Source: Escherichia coli
Lineage (GTDB): Bacteria; Pseudomonadota; Gammaproteobacteria; Enterobacterales; Enterobacteriaceae
Assembly: GCF_030384885.1 (NCBI RefSeq)
Contig: NZ_CP128613.1
DNA length: 64,000 nt
Reading direction: 5' to 3' (one strand)
Positions 56,173-64,000 of this stretch are shown one piece after another. A model generated the notes under the pieces. The model was not told the DNA's origin. It ran no database searches and saw nothing but the letters and a program-made list of their open reading frames with translations. Numbering within the stretch: the first letter of the stretch is position 1; each line of letters starts with the position of its first letter. A program made the translations under genes and the position numbers.

Positions 56173-57186
56173 TTAAAATAGCATTTGAGTCAAATAGCCC
56201 ATCAAGATAGCCATACCTAAGATAACCGTCAGGAATGCAACTATCATCGGTATTCTGAACATTGATTTAAGTAATATCACTTCCGTCAGACTTGCGCCGG
56301 CACTGCCGATGATTAATGCCATTAATGCTCCCAGACCCATTCCTTTTGTCATCAGAACAGATGCCAGAGGGATAACCGCCTCTGCCCGGATATACAGCGG
56401 GATTCCGACAACGGCGCTCAATGGGATGGCGAAGGGATTATCTGCCCCTGCATGAGCGGCAATCCACGCTGAGGGAATAAAGCCATAAATAAAAGAGCCT
56501 ATTAATACCCCTAACAAAAGATATGGCAGTACATCTTTAAACTGTTGCAACGCATCTTTGGTGGCTAGTTTTATGGGATTAATACTTACCACAGCTTTGG
56601 TACTGCAACAGTTTACTACCGGTTTCTCAATGGCTTTAGCCGCTGGACTACAGCAACTCACTTTTATTGGCGTATATGTCGTCCCCGGCGAAGTTTTGGC
56701 TGGAGAGCAACAATTTGCTGATGAGCTTTTACTGGCAATGATATGACGTTCAAATCTCAGAGAATCCAGGATAATACTGGCAAGTACGGAGACGCCGGCG
56801 GCGATAATCGCGTACAACAAGGTAACTTTCCAACCAAAGGTCACCCACATTAACCCGACGATAATGGGATTAAGTAACGGTGAAACAAATAAAAAAGTGA
56901 GAGTCGGACCAAACCCGGCTTTCGCTGACAACAATCCACGTAGCATGGGTATTGTCGAGCAACTACAGAACGGGGTAACGGCTCCCAACAGAGCAGCCAG
57001 GAGATAGCCTCTCCCTTTTCTGGCCCCCATCATCTGCTGGATTTTATGGTCTGGCACCTTTTGTCTTATCAGGCTGACACCGGCACTAATCACCATAAAC
57101 AGCAAAGAAAGCTCGACGGCGAGAAACACAAACATCTCTGCGGCATCTTGCAGCATCGCAAGCCAACTACTCATAAGTAACCTCAT
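56173..57186 (-). CDS. DUF318/ArsP-like permease with TPFCSCS motif and Cys-rich loop (337 aa)
   Basis: ORF track; multi-TM; motif GAVTPFCSCSTIPM; loop with three CC pairs; divergent from an ArsR-family regulator. Confidence 0.65.
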   Translation of the reverse strand: MRLLMSSWLAMLQDAAEMFVFLAVELSLLFMVISAGVSLIRQKVPDHKIQQMMGARKGRGYLLAALLGAVTPFCSCSTIPMLRGLLSAKAGFGPTLTFLFVSPLLNPIIVGLMWVTFGWKVTLLYAIIAAGVSVLASIILDSLRFERHIIASKSSSANCCSPAKTSPGTTYTPIKVSCCSPAAKAIEKPVVNCCSTKAVVSINPIKLATKDALQQFKDVLPYLLLGVLIGSFIYGFIPSAWIAAHAGADNPFAIPLSAVVGIPLYIRAEAVIPLASVLMTKGMGLGALMALIIGSAGASLTEVILLKSMFRIPMIVAFLTVILGMAILMGYLTQMLF

Positions 57187-57281
57187 TGAATAAAACTATA
57201 TTTCCAGAATAATCGAAATGAAGTTCAGATCAAGATATTTCTGGTATTATCGAAATATCAACCAGACAGAGGGGGTGACAC

Positions 57282-57602
57282 ATGCAATTGGAAGAGGTCG
57301 CTAAGGCACTGAAAGAGTTAGGTCATCCGACCCGTTTGTTCATATTTAAGCATCTGGTCAAAGCGGGGGAACAAGGGTTGCCGGTCGGTGAGTTGCAAAA
57401 GCAGCTTGGGATACCCGGCTCTACACTCAGTCACCATATTTCAGCACTGGTATCGGTAGGGTTGGTCAAACAAAACCGTGAGAGTCGGACGCTGATGTGT
57501 GTTTCGCAATACGCAATGCTGGAAGCGATAATTGAATTTTTATGTGAGGAGTGCTGCGTAAACAGCAAAACAGATGGCGAAGGAGCCACGAAGAACAAAT
57601 AA
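57282..57602 (+). CDS. ArsR/SmtB-family metalloregulatory transcriptional repressor (106 aa)
   Basis: HTH signature (LGHPTRLFIFKHL...VGELQKQLGIPGSTLSHHISAL) and C-terminal CEECC cysteine cluster. Confidence 0.7.
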   Translation: MQLEEVAKALKELGHPTRLFIFKHLVKAGEQGLPVGELQKQLGIPGSTLSHHISALVSVGLVKQNRESRTLMCVSQYAMLEAIIEFLCEECCVNSKTDGEGATKNK

Positions 57603-57622
57603 GGGGGCATATCCCCCTATAG

Positions 57623-58048
57623 TTATTTCAGGCGTTTACCCGCTTCATCAACCACTTTTTCGCCATCTTCCTTGGTGAACGCGCCTTGTTGCGCATCTGG
57701 CAGAATTTCCAGCACCACTTCTGAAGGGCGGCACAGGCGAGTTCCTAGCGGCGTCACCACAATCGGGCGATTAATCAGAATCGGGTGCTGAAGCATAAAG
57801 TCGATTAACCGATCGTCAGTAAATTTATCTTCTGCAAGGCCCAGTTCCTCATACGGCTCGACGTTTTTACGCAACAGCGCGCGTACGGAAATCCCCATAT
57901 CGGCAATGAGTTTGACCAGCTCATCGCGCGTTGGCGGTGTTTCCAGATAATAGATAATGGTCGGTTCTGTACCGCTGTTGCGGATCATCTCCAGCGTATT
58001 ACGCGACGTGCCGCAGGCCGGGTTGTGATAAATAGTAATGTTGCTCAT
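57623..58048 (-). CDS. arsC: Arsenate reductase ArsC (141 aa)
   Basis: ORF track; MSNITIYHNPACGTSRNTLEMIR - glutaredoxin-coupled ArsC catalytic Cys motif. Confidence 0.95.
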   Translation of the reverse strand: MSNITIYHNPACGTSRNTLEMIRNSGTEPTIIYYLETPPTRDELVKLIADMGISVRALLRKNVEPYEELGLAEDKFTDDRLIDFMLQHPILINRPIVVTPLGTRLCRPSEVVLEILPDAQQGAFTKEDGEKVVDEAGKRLK

Positions 58049-58060
58049 ATCAGTATCTCA

Positions 58061-59350
58061 TTACGATGTGAAAGAGAGACGAAGCGCCAGCGCGGTAAGC
58101 GTCACAAACAGCACCGGCAGGGTCATGATAATCCCTGTACGGAAGTAATATCCCCAGCTGATAGTCATATTCTTCTGCGAAAGTACGTGCAGCCAGAGCA
58201 GCGTTGCCAGGCTACCAATCGGTGTAATTTTCGGCCCCAAATCGCAGCCAATCACGTTGGCATAAACCATCGCTTCTTTGATGACACCAGATGCCGTGCT
58301 GCCATCAATGGACAACGCGCCAACCAGTACCGTCGGCATATTGTTCATAATAGAAGAGAGGAAGGCGGTGAGGAATCCGGTGCCGAGCGTCGCCGCCCAC
58401 AGGCCGTGATCCGCCAGCACGTTGAGTACGCCAGAAAGATATTCCGTTAGTCCGGCATTGCGCAGGCCGTAAACCACCAGATACATGCCGAGCGAGAAGA
58501 TGACAATCTGCCAGGGGGCACCGCGCAGCACTTTACCCGTATTAATCGCATGGCCGCGTTTAGCGACGGCAAATAATATCAGCGCGCCTACTGCCGCAAT
58601 GGCGCTTACCGGAATGCCGAGCGGTTCCAGGACGAAAAATCCCACCAGCAGAAGCAGTAAAACAACCCAGCCAGTTTTGAAGGTGGCAGGATCTTTAACC
58701 GCTTCTACGGGAGATTTAAGCAGCGCCATGTCGTAGTTCTGCGGAATATCTTTGCGGAAATAGAGATGCAACATCACCAGGGTAGCCAGTATTGCAGCGA
58801 TATCCACCGGCACCATCACCGAGGCATATTCGCGAAAACCAAGGCCAAAGAAATCTGCTGAAACGATATTCACCAGGTTAGAGACAATAAGCGGCAGACT
58901 GGCGGTATCGGCAATGAATCCGGCCGCCATAACAAACGCCAGCGTAGTGCCTTTGCTGAACCCTAAAGCCAGCAGCATGGCGATGACAATCGGCGTCAAA
59001 ATAAGCGCCGCACCATCATTGGCAAACAGGGCAGCAACGGTAGCACCGAGCAGGACAATCCAGGTAAACAGCAAGCGACCGCGCCCATTGCCCCAGCGTG
59101 AGACGTGCAGTGCCGCCCATTCAAAAAAGCCGGACTCATCCAGCAGCAGGCTGATGATAATGACGGCAATAAACGCAGCCGTCGCGTTCCAGACGATATT
59201 CCACACCACCGGAATATCGCCCGGATGGACCACGCCAGTAACTAACGCCAGTACGGCGCCCAGTGTCGCACTCCAGCCGATGCCTAAACCTTTCGGCTGC
59301 CAGATAACCAATACGATGGTCAGGACAAAGATAGCGCCCGCCAGTAACAT
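58061..59350 (-). CDS. arsB: Arsenite efflux pump ArsB (429 aa)
   Basis: ATG ([11 protein letters not shown]...) inside track ORF 58061..59371. Confidence 0.9.
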   Translation of the reverse strand: MLLAGAIFVLTIVLVIWQPKGLGIGWSATLGAVLALVTGVVHPGDIPVVWNIVWNATAAFIAVIIISLLLDESGFFEWAALHVSRWGNGRGRLLFTWIVLLGATVAALFANDGAALILTPIVIAMLLALGFSKGTTLAFVMAAGFIADTASLPLIVSNLVNIVSADFFGLGFREYASVMVPVDIAAILATLVMLHLYFRKDIPQNYDMALLKSPVEAVKDPATFKTGWVVLLLLLVGFFVLEPLGIPVSAIAAVGALILFAVAKRGHAINTGKVLRGAPWQIVIFSLGMYLVVYGLRNAGLTEYLSGVLNVLADHGLWAATLGTGFLTAFLSSIMNNMPTVLVGALSIDGSTASGVIKEAMVYANVIGCDLGPKITPIGSLATLLWLHVLSQKNMTISWGYYFRTGIIMTLPVLFVTLTALALRLSFTS

Positions 59351-59404
59351 CATGCCTCCTGGATAAAACACATTCGAATATTCATATGTGTTTAGATAAA
59401 TTTT

Positions 59405-59758
59405 TTAACTACAAATATTCTTACTGTCTGCGGAACAATTTTGTCTGACGAGGTTACGGACAATCACCTGAACCTTTTCCTGTTCGCATCGCCAGGCCTG
59501 CTCAATAATTTTCGCCGCCCATGCTGGAATATGCGGCGATAAGCGATAATGAACCCACTTACCCTGCTTGCGGTCCAGCAATAGCCCACTTTCACGCAGT
59601 AATGCCAGATGGCGGGAGATCTTGGGCTGCGACTGATCGAGGGCAGTGCAGAGATCGCAGACGCATAACTCTCCCAGTTCGCTGAGCAGTAAAACGATGC
59701 CCAGACGGGTTTCATCGGCAAGAATTTTGAACAATTGGATGGGTAACAGAAATGACAT
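59405..59758 (-). CDS. arsR: Arsenical resistance operon repressor ArsR (117 aa)
   Basis: ORF track; ELCVCDLC metal-binding motif plus HTH. Confidence 0.95.
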   Translation of the reverse strand: MSFLLPIQLFKILADETRLGIVLLLSELGELCVCDLCTALDQSQPKISRHLALLRESGLLLDRKQGKWVHYRLSPHIPAWAAKIIEQAWRCEQEKVQVIVRNLVRQNCSADSKNICS

Positions 59759-59911
59759 ATTGCGCTCCTGATTGTTGCAGGTAGTGTCTCTCTTCGAAGC
59801 GGATAAGTCAAAAACATATATGTTTTAACGAATGTGTAAGTGCAGAGGAAGGTAATAGGTGTGAATTAAGCGTTGGGTGTTCATTTGAAAGGAAGTCTGA
59901 ATCAGGATGTA

Positions 59912-60005
59912 AAAAAACCGACTTTGCGTCGGTTTTTTACTCTTCAGCCAGAGTTGGTGGCTCTGGCTGGAGTGAGAATGCCCACATCTAACGGTTCAAT
60001 ACTAT
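59912..60005 (-). ncRNA. agrB: AgrB-like sRNA (antisense regulator of dinQ); ends approximate
   Basis: Repeat unit 'ggctctggctggagtgaga-tgcccacatctaac' whose minus-strand transcript is complementary to the dinQ leader copy at ~60395-60430; ends in hairpin ccgac-gcaaa-gtcgg plus T-run. Confidence 0.45.
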
Positions 60006-60147
60006 TAGCCAGTGGCTAACATTGCAAGCGTTAGCGATTTCTTCAGCTGGCGAAGGGACAGTTTGCTATACATGGTGGTGAAAGAGGATTGATATACTTT
60101 CATCGGGTCGCTGCCGTACCAAGCCTTGTCCGAATCCGGACGTAAAA

Positions 60148-60240
60148 AAACCGACTTCGCGTCGGTTTTTTTACTCTTCAGCCCAGAATTGGTGGCTCTG
60201 GCTGGAGTGAGATAGCCATCATCTAACACATCAATGCTAA
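60148..60240 (-). ncRNA. agrA: AgrA-like sRNA (antisense regulator of dinQ); ends approximate
   Basis: Second copy of the repeat plus the same terminator hairpin. Confidence 0.45.
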
Positions 60241-60291
60241 TACCATACTGAAACTATTGCAAGGACGTGCTGGTTTTATAACCCGCAAGTA

Positions 60292-60307
60292 CTGTATAAT
60301 TATCCAG
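60292..60307 (+). promoter_or_regulatory. LexA (SOS) box overlapping a TATAAT -10 element, upstream of dinQ
   Basis: CTGTATAATTATCCAG matches CTGT-N8-ACAG with one mismatch; TATAAT at 60295-60300. Confidence 0.6.
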
Positions 60308-60500
60308 TTAGCTCTGAGGCATTTTCACTCTGGTAATGCGCATAAACGCTTTCAAAGTCCTGGTCAGAAGTACGGGTGGTGCCGTTAACTGATGCTCTGG
60401 CCGGAGTGAGATTGCCCACATCTAACAATGAGGCATGCGCCGTGACAGGCAGTGGATGAGTAAGCGGATGCATTCTCACTCCATCGCATGGAGAAAACGG

Positions 60501-60584
60501 GTGATTGATAAAGCAATCATCGTTCTTGGGGCGTTAATTGCGCTGATGGAACTGATCCGCTTCCTGCTTCAGCTTCTGAACTGA
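60501..60584 (+). CDS. dinQ: SOS-induced type I toxin peptide DinQ (27 aa, GTG start)
   Basis: GTG-initiated ORF VIDKAIIVLGALIALMELIRFLLQLLN, hydrophobic single helix; followed by terminator hairpin. Confidence 0.7.
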   Translation: MIDKAIIVLGALIALMELIRFLLQLLN

Positions 60585-60601
60585 TAGCGGAAACGTAACT
60601 A

Positions 60602-60637
60602 AGGGCAAAGAGCACACCACTCTTTGCCCTTTAACAT
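60602..60637. terminator. Bidirectional terminator between dinQ and gor
   Basis: gggcaaagag-cacaccac-tctttgccc hairpin followed by T-rich tract. Confidence 0.55.
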
Positions 60638-61990
60638 TTAACGCATGGTAACGAACTCTTCTGCCGCCGTTGGGTGAATGGCGACGGTATTGTCGAAGTC
60701 TTTTTTGGTTGCGCCCATCTTCAGCGCCACTGCGAAGCCCTGCAACATTTCATCCATACCAAAGCCAATGCCGTGAATACCGACAATCTTCTCTTCCGGT
60801 CCAACGCACACCAGTTTCATGCGGCACGGCTGGCGGTGCGTGGTGACGGCGGTATACATCGCGGTGAAAGAGGATTTATACACTTTCACCTGATCGTCGC
60901 CGTATTGCTCGCGCGCCTGCGGTTCCGTTAAACCAACAGTCCCAATCGGCGGATGGCTGAAGACCACGGTCGGAATATTGCTGTAATCCAGATGCTCATC
61001 CGGCTTGTTATTAAACAGGCGTTCAGAGAGGCGGCGGCCTGCTGCAACTGCCACCGGTGTCAGTTCCACTGCGCCCGTGTTATCGCCCACCGCGTAAATA
61101 CCTTCAACGCTGGTATTTTGATATTTATCGACGACGATATAGCCTTTTTCGTTGGTTTTTACGCCAGCGGCTTCGAGGTTAATGTTGTCATTGGCAGGCT
61201 CACGACCAATCGCCCAAATCAGGCAATCCACCGTTTCACTGCGACCATCTTCCAGCTCCAGCGTCAGGCTGCCATCAGCATTTTTCACGACCGCTTTCGG
61301 GATGGCGTTGGTGTGCAACTGCGGACCTTCGGCGTTCATCACTTCGACCAGCGTTTCAGAGATCATCGGGTCGAAGCTGCGCAGCGGCGCATGTTTACGA
61401 ACAAACAGATGCGTCTTTGCGCCGAGGCCGTTAATCACACCCGCCAGTTCAACGGCGATGTAACCCGCGCCAACAACCGCTACACGCTCTGGCAAAGCAG
61501 GAAGGGCGAAGAAGCCATCGGAATCAATACCGTATTCCACGCCCGGAATATCCGGGTGGCTCGGGCGACCGCCGGTGGCGATCAGGATATGATCGGCCGT
61601 GATGGTTTCGCCGTTTACTTCAATGGTTTTGGCATCAACGAAGCGGGCAAAGCCTTTGATTACATCAACGTTATTTTTACCGAGCACGTTTTCATAGGAG
61701 GTATGAATACGGTCGATATAGGCGGTACGGCTGGCGATCAACGTTTCCCAGTTGAACTTATTGATGGTGGTATCGAAACCATAATCCGGGCCGTACATGT
61801 GGATCGCTTCACGGATTTGCGCCGCGTGCCACATCACTTTTTTCGGCACGCAGCCAACATTCACGCAGGTGCCGCCCAGTTCTTTGGCTTCAATCAGCGC
61901 GCATTTCTGACCGTACATAGCCGCGCGGTTGATGGAGGCGATACCGCCGCTGCCGCCGCCGATGGCGATGTAATCATAGTGTTTAGTCAT
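60638..61990 (-). CDS. gor: Glutathione reductase Gor (450 aa)
   Basis: ORF track; FAD/NAD-binding GxGxxG motifs and redox-active CVNVGC. Confidence 0.95.
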   Translation of the reverse strand: MTKHYDYIAIGGGSGGIASINRAAMYGQKCALIEAKELGGTCVNVGCVPKKVMWHAAQIREAIHMYGPDYGFDTTINKFNWETLIASRTAYIDRIHTSYENVLGKNNVDVIKGFARFVDAKTIEVNGETITADHILIATGGRPSHPDIPGVEYGIDSDGFFALPALPERVAVVGAGYIAVELAGVINGLGAKTHLFVRKHAPLRSFDPMISETLVEVMNAEGPQLHTNAIPKAVVKNADGSLTLELEDGRSETVDCLIWAIGREPANDNINLEAAGVKTNEKGYIVVDKYQNTSVEGIYAVGDNTGAVELTPVAVAAGRRLSERLFNNKPDEHLDYSNIPTVVFSHPPIGTVGLTEPQAREQYGDDQVKVYKSSFTAMYTAVTTHRQPCRMKLVCVGPEEKIVGIHGIGFGMDEMLQGFAVALKMGATKKDFDNTVAIHPTAAEEFVTMR

Positions 61991-62061
61991 GACATATTGT
62001 CCTTATCGTTGATTACCGCGATTGTAGCGCGAGACGTAATAGGTGCCAGCAATGGCTGCAA

Positions 62062-62904
62062 TTACTCTGGCACGATCCAGCTTACGGTGGCATGTCCGGT
62101 GCCAGCCGGAACCAGTTTGCTATGCAACCACGGCAACACGTTATTCATCTGCTGTTCCAGCTTCCACGGCGGGTTAATCACAATCATGCCGGAAGCGGTC
62201 ATGCCACGGCGATCGCTGTCTGGCAATACTGCCAGTTCAATTTGCATAATCTTGCGAATACCGGTCGCTTCCAGATCGTGGATCATGCGCTTGATTTGCT
62301 GACGCAGCACCACTGGATACCACAGCGCGTAGACGCCTGTGGCAAAACGTTTATACCCCTCGTTAATGCCGCTGACCACCGCCTGATAGTCGGTTTTCAT
62401 TTCATACGGCGGGTCGATAAGGATTAAACCACGGCGAGAAACCGGCGGCAGCTTGGCTTTAAGCTGCTGGAAACCGTCGGCTTTTTCCACGCGCGCACGG
62501 CTGTCTTTCTGAAATTCAGAGCGCAGCAACGGGTAATCGCTCGGGTGCAGCTCGGTCAGTTGTAGACTGTCCTGCTCGCGCAGTAGCTGGCGAGCAATCA
62601 ACGGCGAACCTGGGTAGTAACGTAACTGCCCGCTACGGTTAAAATGTTCCACCACGCTGATGTACGGTTCCAGCTCCGCAGGCAGATCGTCCTGCTGCCA
62701 GATACGGGCGATACCTTCGAGATATTCGCCGGTACGCTCGGCATGTTCACTGCCTAACTGATAACGCCCCGCACCCGCGTGGGTATCCAGATAGAGAAAC
62801 GGTTTATCTTTCTCTTTCAGTGACTCGATGATCAGGCTCTGAACGGTATGTTTAAGGACGTCGGCGTGGTTGCCAGCGTGAAAGCTGTGGCGATAACTGA
62901 GCAT
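62062..62904 (-). CDS. rlmJ: 23S rRNA m6A2030 methyltransferase RlmJ/YhiR (280 aa)
   Basis: ATG at 62904 (MLSYRHSFHAGNHADVLKH...) inside track ORF 62062..62955. Confidence 0.85.
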   Translation of the reverse strand: MLSYRHSFHAGNHADVLKHTVQSLIIESLKEKDKPFLYLDTHAGAGRYQLGSEHAERTGEYLEGIARIWQQDDLPAELEPYISVVEHFNRSGQLRYYPGSPLIARQLLREQDSLQLTELHPSDYPLLRSEFQKDSRARVEKADGFQQLKAKLPPVSRRGLILIDPPYEMKTDYQAVVSGINEGYKRFATGVYALWYPVVLRQQIKRMIHDLEATGIRKIMQIELAVLPDSDRRGMTASGMIVINPPWKLEQQMNNVLPWLHSKLVPAGTGHATVSWIVPE

Positions 62905-63106
62905 GGGTAAAGGTGTTCCGGTAAGTAAAAATCGGCCCGTATTCGGGGCGCACAAAAGCCTATCAGGACAGTATACCGAAAAGAGGCCGTCGCCGCGAAA
63001 GCGTAACGTTTCTCATTGAAATTCACTACACTTAACCCCATGCTACACACATTATGTAAAGCGCCTGTTGAGCGCTTCCTTAACCTCTTTAACCAGGACT
63101 GCGCTA

Positions 63107-64000
63107 ATGACGAATCCGTTACTGACTCCCTTTGAATTGCCTCCGTTTTCTAAAATTCTCCCGGAACATGTGGTTCCAGCCGTGACGAAGGCATTGAATG
63201 ACTGCCGCGAAAATGTGGAGCGCGTAGTAGCGCAAGGGGCACCGTACACCTGGGAAAATCTCTGCCAGCCGCTGGCGGAAGTGGACGATGTGTTGGGGCG
63301 TATCTTCTCCCCGGTCAGCCACCTGAACTCGGTGAAAAATAGCCCGGAACTGCGTGAAGCCTACGAACAAACCCTGCCACTGCTGTCGGAATACAGCACC
63401 TGGGTAGGGCAACATGAAGGGCTGTATAAAGCGTACCGCGATCTGCGCGATGGCGATCATTACGCCACGCTGAATACGGCGCAGAAGAAAGCGGTTGATA
63501 ACGCCCTGCGTGATTTTGAACTCTCTGGCATCGGTCTGCCGAAAGAGAAACAGCAACGCTACGGCGAAATTGCTACCCGTCTTTCCGAGCTGGGCAACCA
63601 GTACAGCAACAACGTCCTTGATGCGACGATGGGCTGGACCAAACTCGTTACCGACGAAGCGGAACTGGCGGGTATGCCAGAAAGCGCGCTGGCGGCGGCA
63701 AAAGCCCAGGCCGAAGCGAAAGAACTGGAAGGCTACTTGCTGACGCTGGATATCCCAAGCTATTTGCCGGTAATGACCTACTGCGACAACCAGGCCTTGC
63801 GTGAAGAGATGTATCGCGCTTACAGCACCCGCGCTTCCGATCAAGGCCCGAACGCCGGTAAGTGGGACAATAGCAAGGTGATGGAAGAGATCCTCGCTCT
63901 GCGTCACGAACTGGCGCAACTGCTGGGCTTTGAAAACTACGCCTTTAAATCTCTGGCTACCAAAATGGCGGAGAACCCGCAGCAGGTGCTTGATTTCTTA
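63107..64000 (+). CDS. prlC: Oligopeptidase A PrlC, N-terminal fragment (3' end outside window)
   Basis: ATG at 63107 (MTNPLLTPFELPPFSKI...) open to window end; divergent from rlmJ as expected. Confidence 0.85.
   Translation, partial: MTNPLLTPFELPPFSKILPEHVVPAVTKALNDCRENVERVVAQGAPYTWENLCQPLAEVDDVLGRIFSPVSHLNSVKNSPELREAYEQTLPLLSEYSTWVGQHEGLYKAYRDLRDGDHYATLNTAQKKAVDNALRDFELSGIGLPKEKQQRYGEIATRLSELGNQYSNNVLDATMGWTKLVTDEAELAGMPESALAAAKAQAEAKELEGYLLTLDIPSYLPVMTYCDNQALREEMYRAYSTRASDQGPNAGKWDNSKVMEEILALRHELAQLLGFENYAFKSLATKMAENPQQVLDFL

Noticed and set aside
60953-62302. 449-aa + strand ORF antisense to gor and rlmJ
   Set aside because: It spans two well-supported genes on the opposite strand and crosses their intergenic region; a typical spurious antisense frame in GC-rich coding DNA.
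63119-63919. 266-aa minus-strand ORF inside prlC
   Set aside because: Antisense to the clearly recognisable oligopeptidase A N-terminus; no independent signals.

Overview
This window reads as an Escherichia coli chromosomal segment running from the 3' end of dppF to the 5' end of prlC, in reverse orientation relative to the K-12 map, and apparently from a non-K-12 strain. Identification is by recalled protein sequences and gene order only; no search was run. Content in order: dppF (partial), yhjV, two tandem ldr/rdl type I toxin-antitoxin copies, the cellulose locus (bcsGFE divergent from bcsRQABZC), pdeK, dctA, yhjJ, a ~5.6 kb accessory insertion, kdgK, pdeH, yhjG, yhjE, yhjD, yhjC, yhjB, treF, yhjA, the acid fitness island (gadA, gadX, gadY, gadW, mdtFE, gadE, hdeD, hdeAB, yhiD, dctR, slp), an uninterrupted yhiS, an extra ArsR-like regulator plus Cys-rich permease, arsRBC, the agrB/agrA/dinQ locus, gor, rlmJ and prlC (partial). 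The strongest candidate for something undescribed is the insertion between the convergent 3' ends of yhjJ and kdgK (about 22.16-27.8 kb): five small, very AT-rich ORFs with no recognisable family, converging on a tightly coupled two-gene operon encoding a membrane-anchored ~402 aa protein and a secreted ~664 aa helical-repeat protein. I could not assign either to a known family from sequence alone. No rRNA, tRNA, CRISPR array or insertion sequence was recognised.
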